DNA from: Phallusia mammillata
Taxonomy: Eukaryota
NCBI GenBank assembly: GCA_965637545.1
Contig: OZ281501.1
Coordinates: 7,254,001-7,318,000, forward strand
Length of the DNA stretch: 64,000 nucleotides
Direction of reading: 5' to 3'
Below, piece by piece: positions 52,851-64,000 of the stretch. Under the pieces are notes generated by a model that saw nothing but the letters and a program-made list of their open reading frames with translations, had not been told where the DNA came from and searched no databases. Positions within the stretch are counted from its first letter, which is position 1, and each line of letters starts with the position of its first letter. The position numbers and the translations under genes were made by a program.

Positions 52851-53555
52851 TGTCTAACGCTGGCTTGTTATACGCGTTTGGTCAAGAAAGTGTGCTTCAA
52901 TTTATTCAAATTAACACACATGTTAGTTATTGATCTAAATTTGATCCACCTAAAGTTTGGCCCGAATAACCCAGCGGTTCACCCACGGGCCCCCCAAACG
53001 CAATTTTTTGGAAACAGGTTTACTGACTAAAGTACATCATCTAGGACAGGGGTCGGCAACCTTTTTTGCACTGCGGACCGGTTTTTAAACTGAAATTTTA
53101 TCGCGGACCGGTCTTCAAAAAACTACAAATATATAGCTATAAAAACGCTTAAATTAGTTTATCATGCCCAGGATACATGGGCAAAATATTTTATAGCATT
53201 TAACCTGAAAAATTATACGGCCCGGTAACGAACTCCTCGCGGACCGGTACCGGGCCGCGGACCGGCGGTTGCCCACCACTGATCTAGGAGTTATATGTTT
53301 TTGTGGTTGGTGCAATGTAAGGCATTTTAAAGAATTTTGTCACTTTTAATAGGATTCACTCTTTTTCACCCCTTAAACCTCAAAATATTCGTTTTTGTCT
53401 AACGCTGGTTTGTTATAGGCGTTTGGTGAAGAAAGAGGGCTTCAAATTTGTTGAAATTTACGCAGATGTTAATTAATTATCCCTAGTTGATCCTCTCAAA
53501 GTCTGACCCCGAACGACCCAGCTGTTTACCCACAGGTTCCCAAAACGTCAAAAAT
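52851..53555. repeat. Diverged ~160-bp direct repeats (52851-53005 and 53396-53555) within a ~1.8-kb intronic insertion
   Basis: tgtctaacgctggcttgttatacgcgtttggtcaagaaag... versus tgtctaacgctggtttgttataggcgtttggtgaagaaag...; the period is ~300 bp once the nested MITE is removed. Confidence 0.75.
53047..53281. mobile_element. hAT Charlie/Buster-type MITE (235 bp)
   Basis: TIRs CAGGGGTCGGCAACC / GGTTGCCCACCACTG. Perfect 8-bp TSD ATCTAGGA at 53039-53046 and 53282-53289, with the central TA typical of Buster/Charlie. Internal GCGGACCGG repeats. Confidence 0.92.
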
Positions 53556-54858
53556 TTTATAATTTTATAATTGTTTTATACCTTTACAGTCCATAATATG
53601 TATACACTGTCAGTCAGATAGAAGTCCCAAAGGAGTAATTCACTAGTTTACGATTAAGAAAGCAGAGCGGGAGGGCTCAGCTTAGCGCCCGGACAGACGT
53701 TTTACGATTTTTTTTCAGTTTAGGCGAAGGTTTTAAACCTAAGACGTAATTAAAACTCGATAAACGTGCTTCGGTTTCGTATATGTCAGGCAAAACGTTG
53801 TTGATCAACGTACAGGTGAAAACATAAACTTGACTTTTTCGATAGCCACGATAAATGGTCTTTAAATACTTGTTGTCAGCTTGACCGCCGCATGACCGCA
53901 GGTCACTAAAGGTCAACTTATAAGTATTACAAACACAGTTAAGAACGATTTTTCGTCATAACGTAGCTTCATTGTTTTTGACAAATCAACTCAAAAATTA
54001 ATACTTAAGTCATGTATAAATTGGGCAAAACGGTATTGTTAAACACTATGGACTGCGTACAATTTAAAACGATGTCAAAAGGTCATAAAACGGTTGTTCG
54101 GCGTCTGTACCGTGAAAGGTTACTACAGGCCAATGGTATTTGATTTGCAAAACAAAGTTAAGTCAGAAACAATTTGTTATGTATGCTTTTGTAGCAAACG
54201 GCTTCTTAATTTGTAGTGTATTTTAAACAACTAAGGCTCTCTAGAAAAGTTTGTGTTTGAAAACCTTGGACGACAATATCAAGGTCAAACAAGAGATTAA
54301 ATTAAAATTATTTTTCCGTTCTTTTTTACGTTTTTTTTTGTAATTTTATGACAATAATTATGCAAAAAGAATACGTACAAAACTTTTTTAAAGTAGGGTC
54401 AATGCTTTCTAATAATTTGCCGTTAGGAATCTAAAAATAACCAGAACATTTGTTTATTGTAAACCAACACAAACACGCTTGTGGGGACCCATTCGTTTTT
54501 GTTTGCAAAAACAATCATATGTGTAGATCAAATGATGTAAATAGTAACTTGGTAAATAGGATAGAGAATATATAAAATAGAAGTATATTAGAAAGGCAAT
54601 ATTCTAGTGTTTGTTATGTCTTAATTTTTACTGACATGACTAAACGTGTTTAGGTTACACCATTGAACGGCGTGAACTGCCTGCTGGCTGTTGGCTCAAG
54701 TGCAATTTCGGCAACGTGATTGACACCAAGTTTGATGTAACCGGTCTTACAGAAGGCGGCGACTACATCTTTAGGTAAGCATTCCATTATATTGAAAACT
54801 GACACACCAGTTTCACAAGGTATAGTTTAAAGTTTACTGAACACAATTTCGTTTTCAG

Positions 54859-57800
54859 AATCTTTGCTAAGAATGCTAACGGAAGCGTTTCTGACGAATC
54901 AGAGCCATCTGAGGCAGTTACTTGCCGTGCAGATGGCAGCATCAGCAAACCATCTGATTCCACAGGTCCAGTTACGGCCACGGATGAGCTTGAGCCAGCA
55001 AGCGTGGACGTAGGCGCCGAATACAGGGATATTGTGTTGGTTAAAACCGGAGACGCGCTGACTCTTCTTGCGTACATCAGCGGCAAACCTGTTCCTACTG
55101 TTTCTTGGGAAAAGGACGGAGTCGAATTCGAGTCCAGCGCCAAACGAGCAATCCGTACCACTGAAGAAACATCCAATGTAACAGTAAACGATTGTTCTCT
55201 TTTAGACAGCGGCACATACACAATCAAAGTTCGAAATGCCGGTGGTGACAGGTCAATTGGAATCAATGTTCGTGTTCTTGACACACCTAGCGGGGGCCTG
55301 AAGATCAGCGGAGTAACTCCTGAAAAATGCATTCTTTCATGGCAGGCGCCAACGCTCAATGGCGGGGCCCAGGTCACCAGCTATTTCATCGAGAAGCGAG
55401 AAACTTCCCGCTTGGCGTGGACTGTCGTAACATCGTCCACCGAGCACACTCAGCACAAGGTGACTGGTTTGATTCAGGGCAATGAGTACGTGTTCCGCAT
55501 TCGCGCCAGAAACAAGTTTGGATTGGGCGAACCAGTTGAGTCTACACCAGTTTCCGCAGTTGATCCGCATGTGCCACCCGAACCACCTCAAAATGTCATG
55601 GTTTCCAATATCATGAAATCCAGTTGTTCTTTAACTTGGGATCGACCTGAGTCTGATGGAGGTGCTGAAATCTCTGGTTACATTATCGAACGACGTGAAA
55701 AGAACTCGTCAAGATGGCTTCGCGTCAACCGAAGACTTGTTTCGGATTGCAGACTTCGAGTAAGCGACTTGAAAGATGGGTCCGAGCAAGAGTTCCGTGT
55801 TTACGCTGAAAATCGTGCTGGAACTGGTCAGCCAAGTATCACAAGTGGATTCTTTGCTATCAGTGATCCTATCTACCCACCAGAACAAGTCGGTATTCCT
55901 CGTGTTATCGACAGCACCAGGTCCTCAATTACACTGAAGTGGACAAGACCGATGTACGATGGAGGCGCCGACATTAGCGGCTACTCAGTTGAATTCGCCG
56001 AAGTTTCGGAGAAATCTGACGACGAGGACGAAAGCCAGCTTGCCGAGCTTACATGGGTAAAGGCGGTTGATAAATCAAATCTCCGCACAACCAGCTACAC
56101 CACCACTGGCCTGTCAGCGGAAAAACACTACCGATTCCGCGTATGTGCCCACAATAGCTGTGGTGTATCTGAGCCTTCCTTTGTTCCGGCTAAGGTTACT
56201 CCGCTTGAGCGACAAGAACCTCCCACATTTGGTCCAGACGCTGAGTTGAGAAGAACTCTCACAGTCCGTGCGGGAGGCTCTGTCCGTCTTGCTGTTCCAA
56301 TTGCAGGTCGACCGGCACCAAGTGTCGCTTGGTCAAGACCGAATAATGGACTCAAGGAACGCGCAATCATTGACACAAGTGATTCCATGACCACTTTGAT
56401 CTTGGAGGACGTAACCCGAGACGACACCGCAAAATATACCCTGACTTTGGAGAACCAGAGCGGTTCAGTTAATGCCTCGGTGATGGTAAAGGTCCTTGAC
56501 AGTCCTGGAGCTCCAGGTGACTTTGCAGTCACTGCAATGTCGAAGAACACTGTATCGGTCGCATGGAAAGCACCCGAAAACGACGGTGGAAGCAATGTGA
56601 CAAACTACATTCTTGAAAGACGTGAGGCAAGCAAGAAGTCCTGGTCGACGGTTGAGACTGCCTGCACCAGAAATTCGTACAAGTTTTCCAAGCTTAATGA
56701 AGGATTATTGTACTACTTCCGCGTCATGGCTGAGAACGAATACGGCGTCGGAGCTCCAACTCAAACTGACAAGCCACTGCGAGCATCAGAAGAGCCAGGA
56801 GCACCAAGATCTATCCACTGCAGTGACATCACTAACGAGAGCGTGACTTTGCAGTGGACCAAGCCTAATTACGATGGTGGTAGCGAGATTTTGGACTATA
56901 CCATTGAACAGCAATTGAAGGGATTTGATCAATGGAGCAAAGTGAAGACGGTTAAAGCTTCCGTACATTCTTTCACCATTAAATCGCTCAATGAAAATCA
57001 GCTTTATACCTTCCGCATATCCGCAAGAAATGATTCTGGTATTGGTCAACCTACTGAACTTCCAGGACATTTGCTGGTTGTTACCCAAACTGCTCCACCT
57101 GATGCGGACCTCGCTGGACTCAGTCAAAAGGTTGTCGAAGGCAAGGCTGGTACACATATCCAGGCTTCAATTGTGATCAAGGGCAAACCATTCCCAAGCA
57201 CCGAATGGAAATACGCTGGCGAAGAGCTAAAGATGACGAGCAGGATCAACTACCAAACTGAAGGAAACGTTGCAACGCTGTCGATCAAAGATGCCGAGCT
57301 TAAAGACACAGGTCTGTACGAACTCGTTCTTGAAAACAGCGTTGATAGCAAGACTGTGCCTGTTTCTGTCCGGGTATTGGACAAGCCTGGACCTCCAAAG
57401 GGACCTGTTGTCTTCTCCAACGTCACTTCTGATTCCATGGTGATTTCTTGGAGTCAACCAGAAGCCGACGGTGGAGCTGCAGTTAACAACTACGTTGTCG
57501 ACATGAGAGAAACATCCGGCGATGCTACTGAATGGCGAATGATTTCAGGATCGACCGCTCGTACCACTCTGAAGGTAACCAGGTTGTCAGCTGGCATGGA
57601 TTACGCGTTTAGGATCCGAGCTGAGAATAGATTTGGAGTCGGAAAGGCTTTGCAATCACAAGCTGTAACTGCCCAGTTTCCATTTAAGGTCCCAGGACCT
57701 CCAGGTTCACCAGAAGTGGTTGCAACATCACGCGAAACTATGTCCATTAAGTGGACGGCGCCGACAAACGATGGAGGTTCAAAGATTCTTGGATACCACG

Positions 57801-60800
57801 TTGTAAAGAAAGACAGAAACTCGATACTATGGGCCAAGTGCAGCAAGACCTTGTTGTCTAGTACTAAATACAAGGTAACCAACTTGCACGAAGGTCTCGA
57901 GTACGAATTCAGGGTGTACGCCGAGAACGCTGCCGGTCTTGGAAAAATGAGCAAGGCATCTGAACACGCAGTCGCACGTGATGCAGTAGACCCGCCCAGG
58001 GAGGTTGAGGTTGTCGGTGTTACCCGCTCTTCTGTTCACATCCAATGGAAGAAACCTGAGTACGACGGTGGAGCAAGAATCACTGGATACATCATCGAGA
58101 GACTTGAGCTGCCGCATGGTCGCTGGCTAAAATGCAACTTCAGTAACGTTTCCGCAACCAACTTTAATGTGGAAGGACTAACTGAAGGCTTGAGCTATGA
58201 GTTCCGAGTATTCGCCAAAAACGCTGCGGGTGCCATCAGTGCCGCTGCTGACATCATATCACCAGTCCTAGTGAAGGATGAGATGTTGCCGCCAACCATT
58301 GACATGGATTCACGTTACTGCGAGGTAGTGGTTGTGAGAGCCGGCAAAACGGTGAAACTGGAAGCTGGCATCAGAGGCAAGCCAACACCTACCATGGTCT
58401 GGAAGAAAGATAACGAGGAGCTTAAGTCTTCATCACACATGGCTATCAAAAACACTGACGTTTCATCTTGCCTTGAAATTGTGGACGCAAGCAGGGACGA
58501 CACAGCAACTTACACGCTTACAGTACAGAACTTCGCTGGATCGCGGTCACTTGCTATTCAAGTCAAAGTTCTTTATAACCCTGGGGCACCAACAGGACCT
58601 TTGAAGGTGTCAGGTATTACTGCCGACAAGTGCACACTGCATTGGGAGTCGCCAAAACGCGACGGTGGAGCACCAGTTACCAACTACGTTGTTGAAAAAC
58701 GCGAGACCAGCCATCTTGCCTGGGTGCTTGTGAACCCAAGTGTGGAAGGCACGACTTGCAAGGTCAGCAAATTGCTGGCAGACAACGAATACGTGTTCCG
58801 CGTCCGTGCAGAAAACAAGTATGGAGTCGGTGACATCCTTGAATCAGAAGAGATCACCGCACGAAATCCATTCAAAGCTCCAAATGCCCCGGCCACGATT
58901 GAGATCACATCAGTCACGAAAAACACTGTAATGTTAACTTGGTCGCGCCCGAAATCTGATGGAGGTTCAGAAATATCAGGATACATCATTGAGAAGAAGC
59001 AACGCACTGGAATGCGATGGATCCGTGCAAACCGACAAACCGTAATGGACCTGAGATATAAGGTCTGCGATCTGAACGAAAACCAAGAGTACGAGTTCCG
59101 CGTTTGTGCTGAAAACTCCGCTGGAAATAGCCCTTGGAGCGATGTCACTCCATTTGTGCTTATCGAAGATCCAAAATATTCTCCTGAAGCTCCGCTATCG
59201 TTCCGAGTTGATGACACCACAAAGTCATCGGTTAGTCTTTCGTGGATGCCACCCACTTTTGACGGAGGAAGCGACGTAATGGGTTACGTCATCGAGATGA
59301 GCAAAATGAAGAAGCGCAGGACTGTTTCCCAATCTTCGACTTCAACTATTGCCACCACCATAACTATGACAACCGTTGATGGCGTAGAAGAGCAGTCTGT
59401 TCTTGATGAGGAGCAAAGAGACATAAGACGCGAGTGGGTAAAGGTTTCAGGAAAGAACCTTATTCGGGATACAGACTATCTTGTCACCGGCCTCCGCGAT
59501 AGCGCAGAGTACTTGTTCCGTGTCGCTGCTGTCAGCAAGGTCGGCACAGGAACTTGGTCTATGTTGAGAATGCCAGTGATCTGTGTTGATCGTTTGGAAA
59601 TGCCAGAGCTCATCATTGACGAAACTGTGCACCGCAACGTCACCATCAAGGCAGGCGCGATGTTGCGACTTAACCTCGGGTTCCGTGGCAGACCAACACC
59701 AACAATTATTTGGTCAAAGGCCGACATGCTTGCCGATGCTCTTAAACAACGAGTCAACATTGACACAACGCCATACAACACCTCGCTTGTGATCAATGAG
59801 GCTGATCGTTACGACGCTGGCAAGTACATGGTGACGGTTGAGAACTGCGAGGGCTCAAAGGACTTTTCCTACAACGTGAAAGTTATGGATACACCAGGAC
59901 CTGTGTTGGATCTTGTCGTCAGTGATGTTACTCGTGATTCAGCGACACTCAAATGGACCACGCCTGAAAACGAAGGCAGCGCTGTTATCACAAACTATGT
60001 GGTTCAAAAACGCGAGGCATCCAGAAAAGCCTGGACTACTGTTTCGAGCGAGTGCACACGCACCTCGATGAAGATCACTCCTTTGAATGAAGGAGACTCG
60101 TACATGTTCCGTGTAATGGCGGAAAATGCCAACGGTTTGGGTGTACCATGCGAATCTCAAGAATCTGTGAAGATCTCAATGAAACCTTCTTGTCCTGGAA
60201 AGGTACAAGTCGTTGATGTGACCCAGTCAACTGTCAGTTTGGCCTGGGGTAAACCAGAACACAACGGTGGAAGCGAGATTACAGGTTACGTGATTGAGAT
60301 GGTTTTGAACGGATTCGAAAACTGGCAGCAATGTTCCACAGTTAACGCAATGTCAGCCACTGTAAAAGGCCTAGAGGAAGGTCGTCAATACATGTTCCGC
60401 GTCAAAGCAAAGAACGACAAAGGCCTGAGCGAAGCTTCAACACTTGGAGCTCCAGTGACTGCTATGGAAATTGTCGAAGCTCCTGAATTGTCCTTACGTG
60501 ACTTACCTGTTGGTGGTATTCACGGTAAAGCCGGTACAACCATCAAGTTTACAGTTCCGATCAGCGGCAAGCCAAAGCCTGAGGTTACCTGGAAGAAGGA
60601 TGGCGAAACTCTGAAACAGACAACTCGTGTATCAACCGTAAACTCAGCACTGGACACAACCATCACCATGAAAACTTGCAAGCTTGAAGATTCCGGTCGT
60701 TATGAAATCATTGCAACCAACGCATCGGGAACAAAAACTGGAACTGTCGTTGTCAACGTTCTTGACAAGCCAGGAAAGGTTGGAGACTTATTGGCTGACG

Positions 60801-63800
60801 CAGTAACTGAGAACTCAGTCAGCCTAGTGTGGCAACCACCTTCTGAGGATGGGGGATGTCAGATCAGCAACTACGTTGTACAAATGCGCGACGTGGAGTC
60901 TGAAACGTGGGTTGAATGTGCAGCTACTGCTGTGAGACCGAGAATAAAAGTTACAAAGCTGGTATTGGGCAAGGAATATCAATTCCGGGTTGCCGCTGAA
61001 AACCGCTTCGGTTGTGGAGGTTTCGTTACATCCGAGAAGGTCACAGTCAAGTTTCCGTTTAACAAACCTGGCCCTCCTGGAATTCCGAAGGTCAGCGTCG
61101 TTGGTTCAGATCATGTAGTTTTGCATTGGCACGAACCCGTCCATGATGGAGGTAGTCCTGTTATCGCTTATCACGTGGAAATGAAGGATAGAAACAGCAT
61201 TCTCTGGCGCAAGGTCAATCGATCTGACATTCACGATTGTGCATTTAAGGTTACTGGATTACAACCAGGCCTTACTTATGAATTCCGGGCTTACGCCGAA
61301 AATGCTGCTGGATGCGGAAAGCCAAGCCAAGCATGCGACCCAATCGTGGCACGTGATCAGATTTCACCTCCCTGTATGGTCGATCCAGTCGGGGTTACAC
61401 GTACATCAGTGGATTTGGTATGGCGCAAGCCAGAAAACGATGGCGGCGCTAAAATCACTGGCTACGTGGTTGAGCGACGTGACGTGCCCAACGGCAGATG
61501 GATGAAATGCAACTTCAGCAATTTGGACGAGTGTAGATACACGGTCACAAGCCTTGTTGAAGACACAACATACGAGTTCCAGGTCATCGCCAAAAATGCC
61601 GCGGGATCTGTGTCCCAGCCGAGTGAGCCAAGTGAGCGTGTAACCTGCAAAGACGCGTTCACACCTCCACGATTGGACTTAGATCCAAAGTTGCGAGATA
61701 CCATCATTGTAAAGGCTGGCGAGTCAACCACGATCTCAGCTGCTATCTTCGGAAAACCACAACCAACGGTCACATGGTCTCGCAATGGCAGAGAACTAGA
61801 ACATTCACCAAAGACTGATATAGCATTGAACGAACATTCGACCGCTCTTACTCTCAAGGATGCGAATCGAGATGACAGCGGAGAATACGTTCTACACTTG
61901 AAGAACAGTGCAGGTTCAAGGTCAATCTCTGTAAACGTAAAGGTTCTTGACCGTCCAGGCCAACCCATCGGCCCGCTTGGGGTTACTGAAGTTACGTCCG
62001 AGAGATGTCGCTTGACCTGGAGACCGCCAACGAACAACGGCAGCGCACCAATCACGAACTACGTTGTTGAGAAGCGTGAAACATCTCGACTTACATGGAC
62101 TCTTGTGGCAGCGGATGTTGAAGGAGTAACCATCAAGGTCAACCGCCTTCTTAAAGGCAATGAGTACTTGTTCCGCGTTATGGCTGTGAACAAATACGGT
62201 GTTGGCGTGCCTTTGGAGTCGGTGCCAGTAGTGGCTAAAGATCCATTCAGCTGCCCCGGAGCTCCAGGTCAGCCGCAGATCTCTACAGTTATGCGCAACT
62301 CAGTTGTCGTAACATGGACAAGACCTACATCAGATGGAGGAAGTGAAATTACCGGATACCACATCGAACGTAAAGAAAGAAATTCACTTCGCTGGACCCG
62401 CGCTGTTCGCCGAGCTGTCAGCAGCTTGCACCACAAGGTCACTGGTCTCAACGAGGGCTACGAATACGAATTTCGTGTTTCGGCTGAGAACGCTGCTGGC
62501 ATCGGACCCTTGTCCGATATTAGTGCACCAGTGCTTTGCAAAGAGCCAGTATACCCGCCTGGACCAGTTGGAATTCCCAAAGTGGTTGACACAACACGCA
62601 GAAGCATCTCATTGGCCTGGACTCCGCCTTCATTTGATGGTGGCGCTGACGTCAGCGGTTATCAGATTGATGTGTGCCCGAAAGAAGCTGAGGTAGAAGA
62701 CTGGGTAAAGTGTACTCCACCGACAGGTGTCAAATCCACTGAGTACACTGTCACCGATCTGCAAGCCAATAAGGAATACAAGTTTAGAGTTGCCGCCATA
62801 AACGTGGTTGGTTGTGGCGAGGCTGTCCAGCTGCCAGTTGCAGTTGAGACTAGCGATAGACTTGAAGCACCTGAGATTTCACCCGACGGCGATTTGAGAA
62901 AGAATCTCACCGTTAAGGCTGGAAACTCCATTCGTCTTCATGTTCCAATTCGTGGGCGTCCGGTACCGACAGTTCGCTGGAGCAAGGAAGGATCGGCCAA
63001 TATTGCTGAACGTGTTCAGATTGATTCATCAGAAGCTGGTACCACTTTGCTTGTACAAGAATGCAACCGAGAGGACTCTGGCAAATATACCTTGACCCTT
63101 GACAACAGCTCCGGTTCGGTATCGGCAAGTTGCTCAGTTAAGGTACTTGACACACCAGGACCTTGCCAGAATCTTGGCGTCAAGGACGTCAGCAAAGATT
63201 ACGCTACGGTCACATGGAATCCACCAACCAATGATGGCGGTTCTCACGTGACCAACTACATCGTCGAGAAGAAAGAACGGGGCCGCAAAGCCTGGTCTAC
63301 CATTACCACTGGCTGCCAGCGTACCCATTTAAAAACAAACCTTGCCGAGGGACAAAGCTACCTGTTCCGCGTTATTGCAGAAAACGAGAATGGCATCGGT
63401 GAACCTGCTGAAACTACCAAGCCCGTGAAAGCAACAGAAGTACCTGGATTGCCCGAGGCACTCGAAGTGGTCGATGTTACACGATCATCTGTTGCACTCA
63501 AGTGGGCTAAACCAGAAGAAGATGGCGGATCAAAGATTCTTGGTTACACCGTCGAATCGCTCGAAAAGGACCAGAACAAATGGGTTAAGCGCGCCACTGT
63601 AAAAGAACCACTGGCTACTATCAACAACCTCAAAGAGGGACAGGAATACGCCTTCCGTGTTGTGGCTCTTAACGAAGCTGGTGCTTCTGATCCTCGCGAA
63701 TGCGTTTCACTCGTGATGGTACGCGACACCTTTGTATCTCCGTCACTGGATCTTACTCAGCTTCCTCACGGCGTTGCTCACGTAAAGGTCGGCGATAATC

Positions 63801-64000
63801 TTGACATTAGAGTGCCTTACAGTGGCAAGCCTGTACCACATATCAAATGGATGAAGGACGGCGCAAAAGTAAAGATCACCAAACGCATGGATGTCGAGAG
63901 CGACAATGTTGGAATGGCATGCCTTAAAATACAGGCTGTTACACCTGAAGACGCCGGAGAGTTTGAGCTGGTCGCTGAAAACCAAGGAGGAAAGCGGTGT
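54859..64000 (+). CDS. Open titin Ig/Fn3 reading frame of the duplicate, running off the window
   Basis: Acceptor ttttcag|a at 54858/54859, with codons from 54860. No stop was seen, and the ORF track lists no terminated ORF in this frame, as expected if it is open to 64000 (~3047 codons). Confidence 0.7.

Larger units (their letters stand above)
51351..64000 (+). pseudogene. Partial, rearranged tandem duplicate of titin (pseudogene or truncated paralogue); continues beyond the window
   Basis: Blocks match the parent as follows: 51351-52640 = 2375-3680; 52641-52800 = ~4855-5000; 54615-54928 = ~5025-5322; 54929-64000 = 13191-22268 (offset 41,738, then 41,732). The first exon remnant (from 51386) has a frameshift and stop; the later exons stay open. 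Confidence 0.75.

Noticed and set aside
53587-54055. 9-bp inverted repeat CAGTCCATA/TATGGACTG suggesting a Tc1/mariner or piggyBac element
   Set aside because: The repeat is too short and the right flank lacks a TA or TTAA duplication.
1-64000. CRISPR arrays, rRNA/tRNA genes or prokaryotic systems
   Set aside because: None seen. The periodicity is protein-domain repetition in a spliced eukaryotic gene.

Overview
Eukaryotic genomic DNA from an invertebrate chordate, most likely a tunicate; this is inferred from vertebrate-type titin architecture combined with very short (~55-150 bp) introns. Positions 1-43812 (+) hold the 3' part of a titin/connectin gene: the tail of one A-band super-repeat, nine complete 11-domain Ig/Fn3 C-zone super-repeats, the P-zone (Ig-Ig-Fn-Fn-Ig-Ig-Fn), the kinase and a shortened M-line ending at TAA 43810-43812. 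Intron-dense blocks alternate with two giant exons (17.3 kb and 7.5 kb). Downstream lie a disabled AADAT/KAT-II-like aminotransferase gene with two hAT-type insertions in one intron, some dispersed repeats, and from ~51350 to the window end a second, rearranged titin copy. The most interesting signals are: (1) a 205-codon non-Ig ORF inside an enlarged titin intron that can splice in frame onto the A-band, a candidate internal first exon reminiscent of Cronos titin; (2) a titin kinase with canonical catalytic motifs (AVK, HLDIKPEN, DFG, GTPEF) where vertebrate titin has a pseudokinase; (3) a titin duplicate that keeps an open spliced frame through four in-frame deletions, one removing two super-repeats in register, with patchwork identity to the parent. 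All alignments and counts were done by eye.
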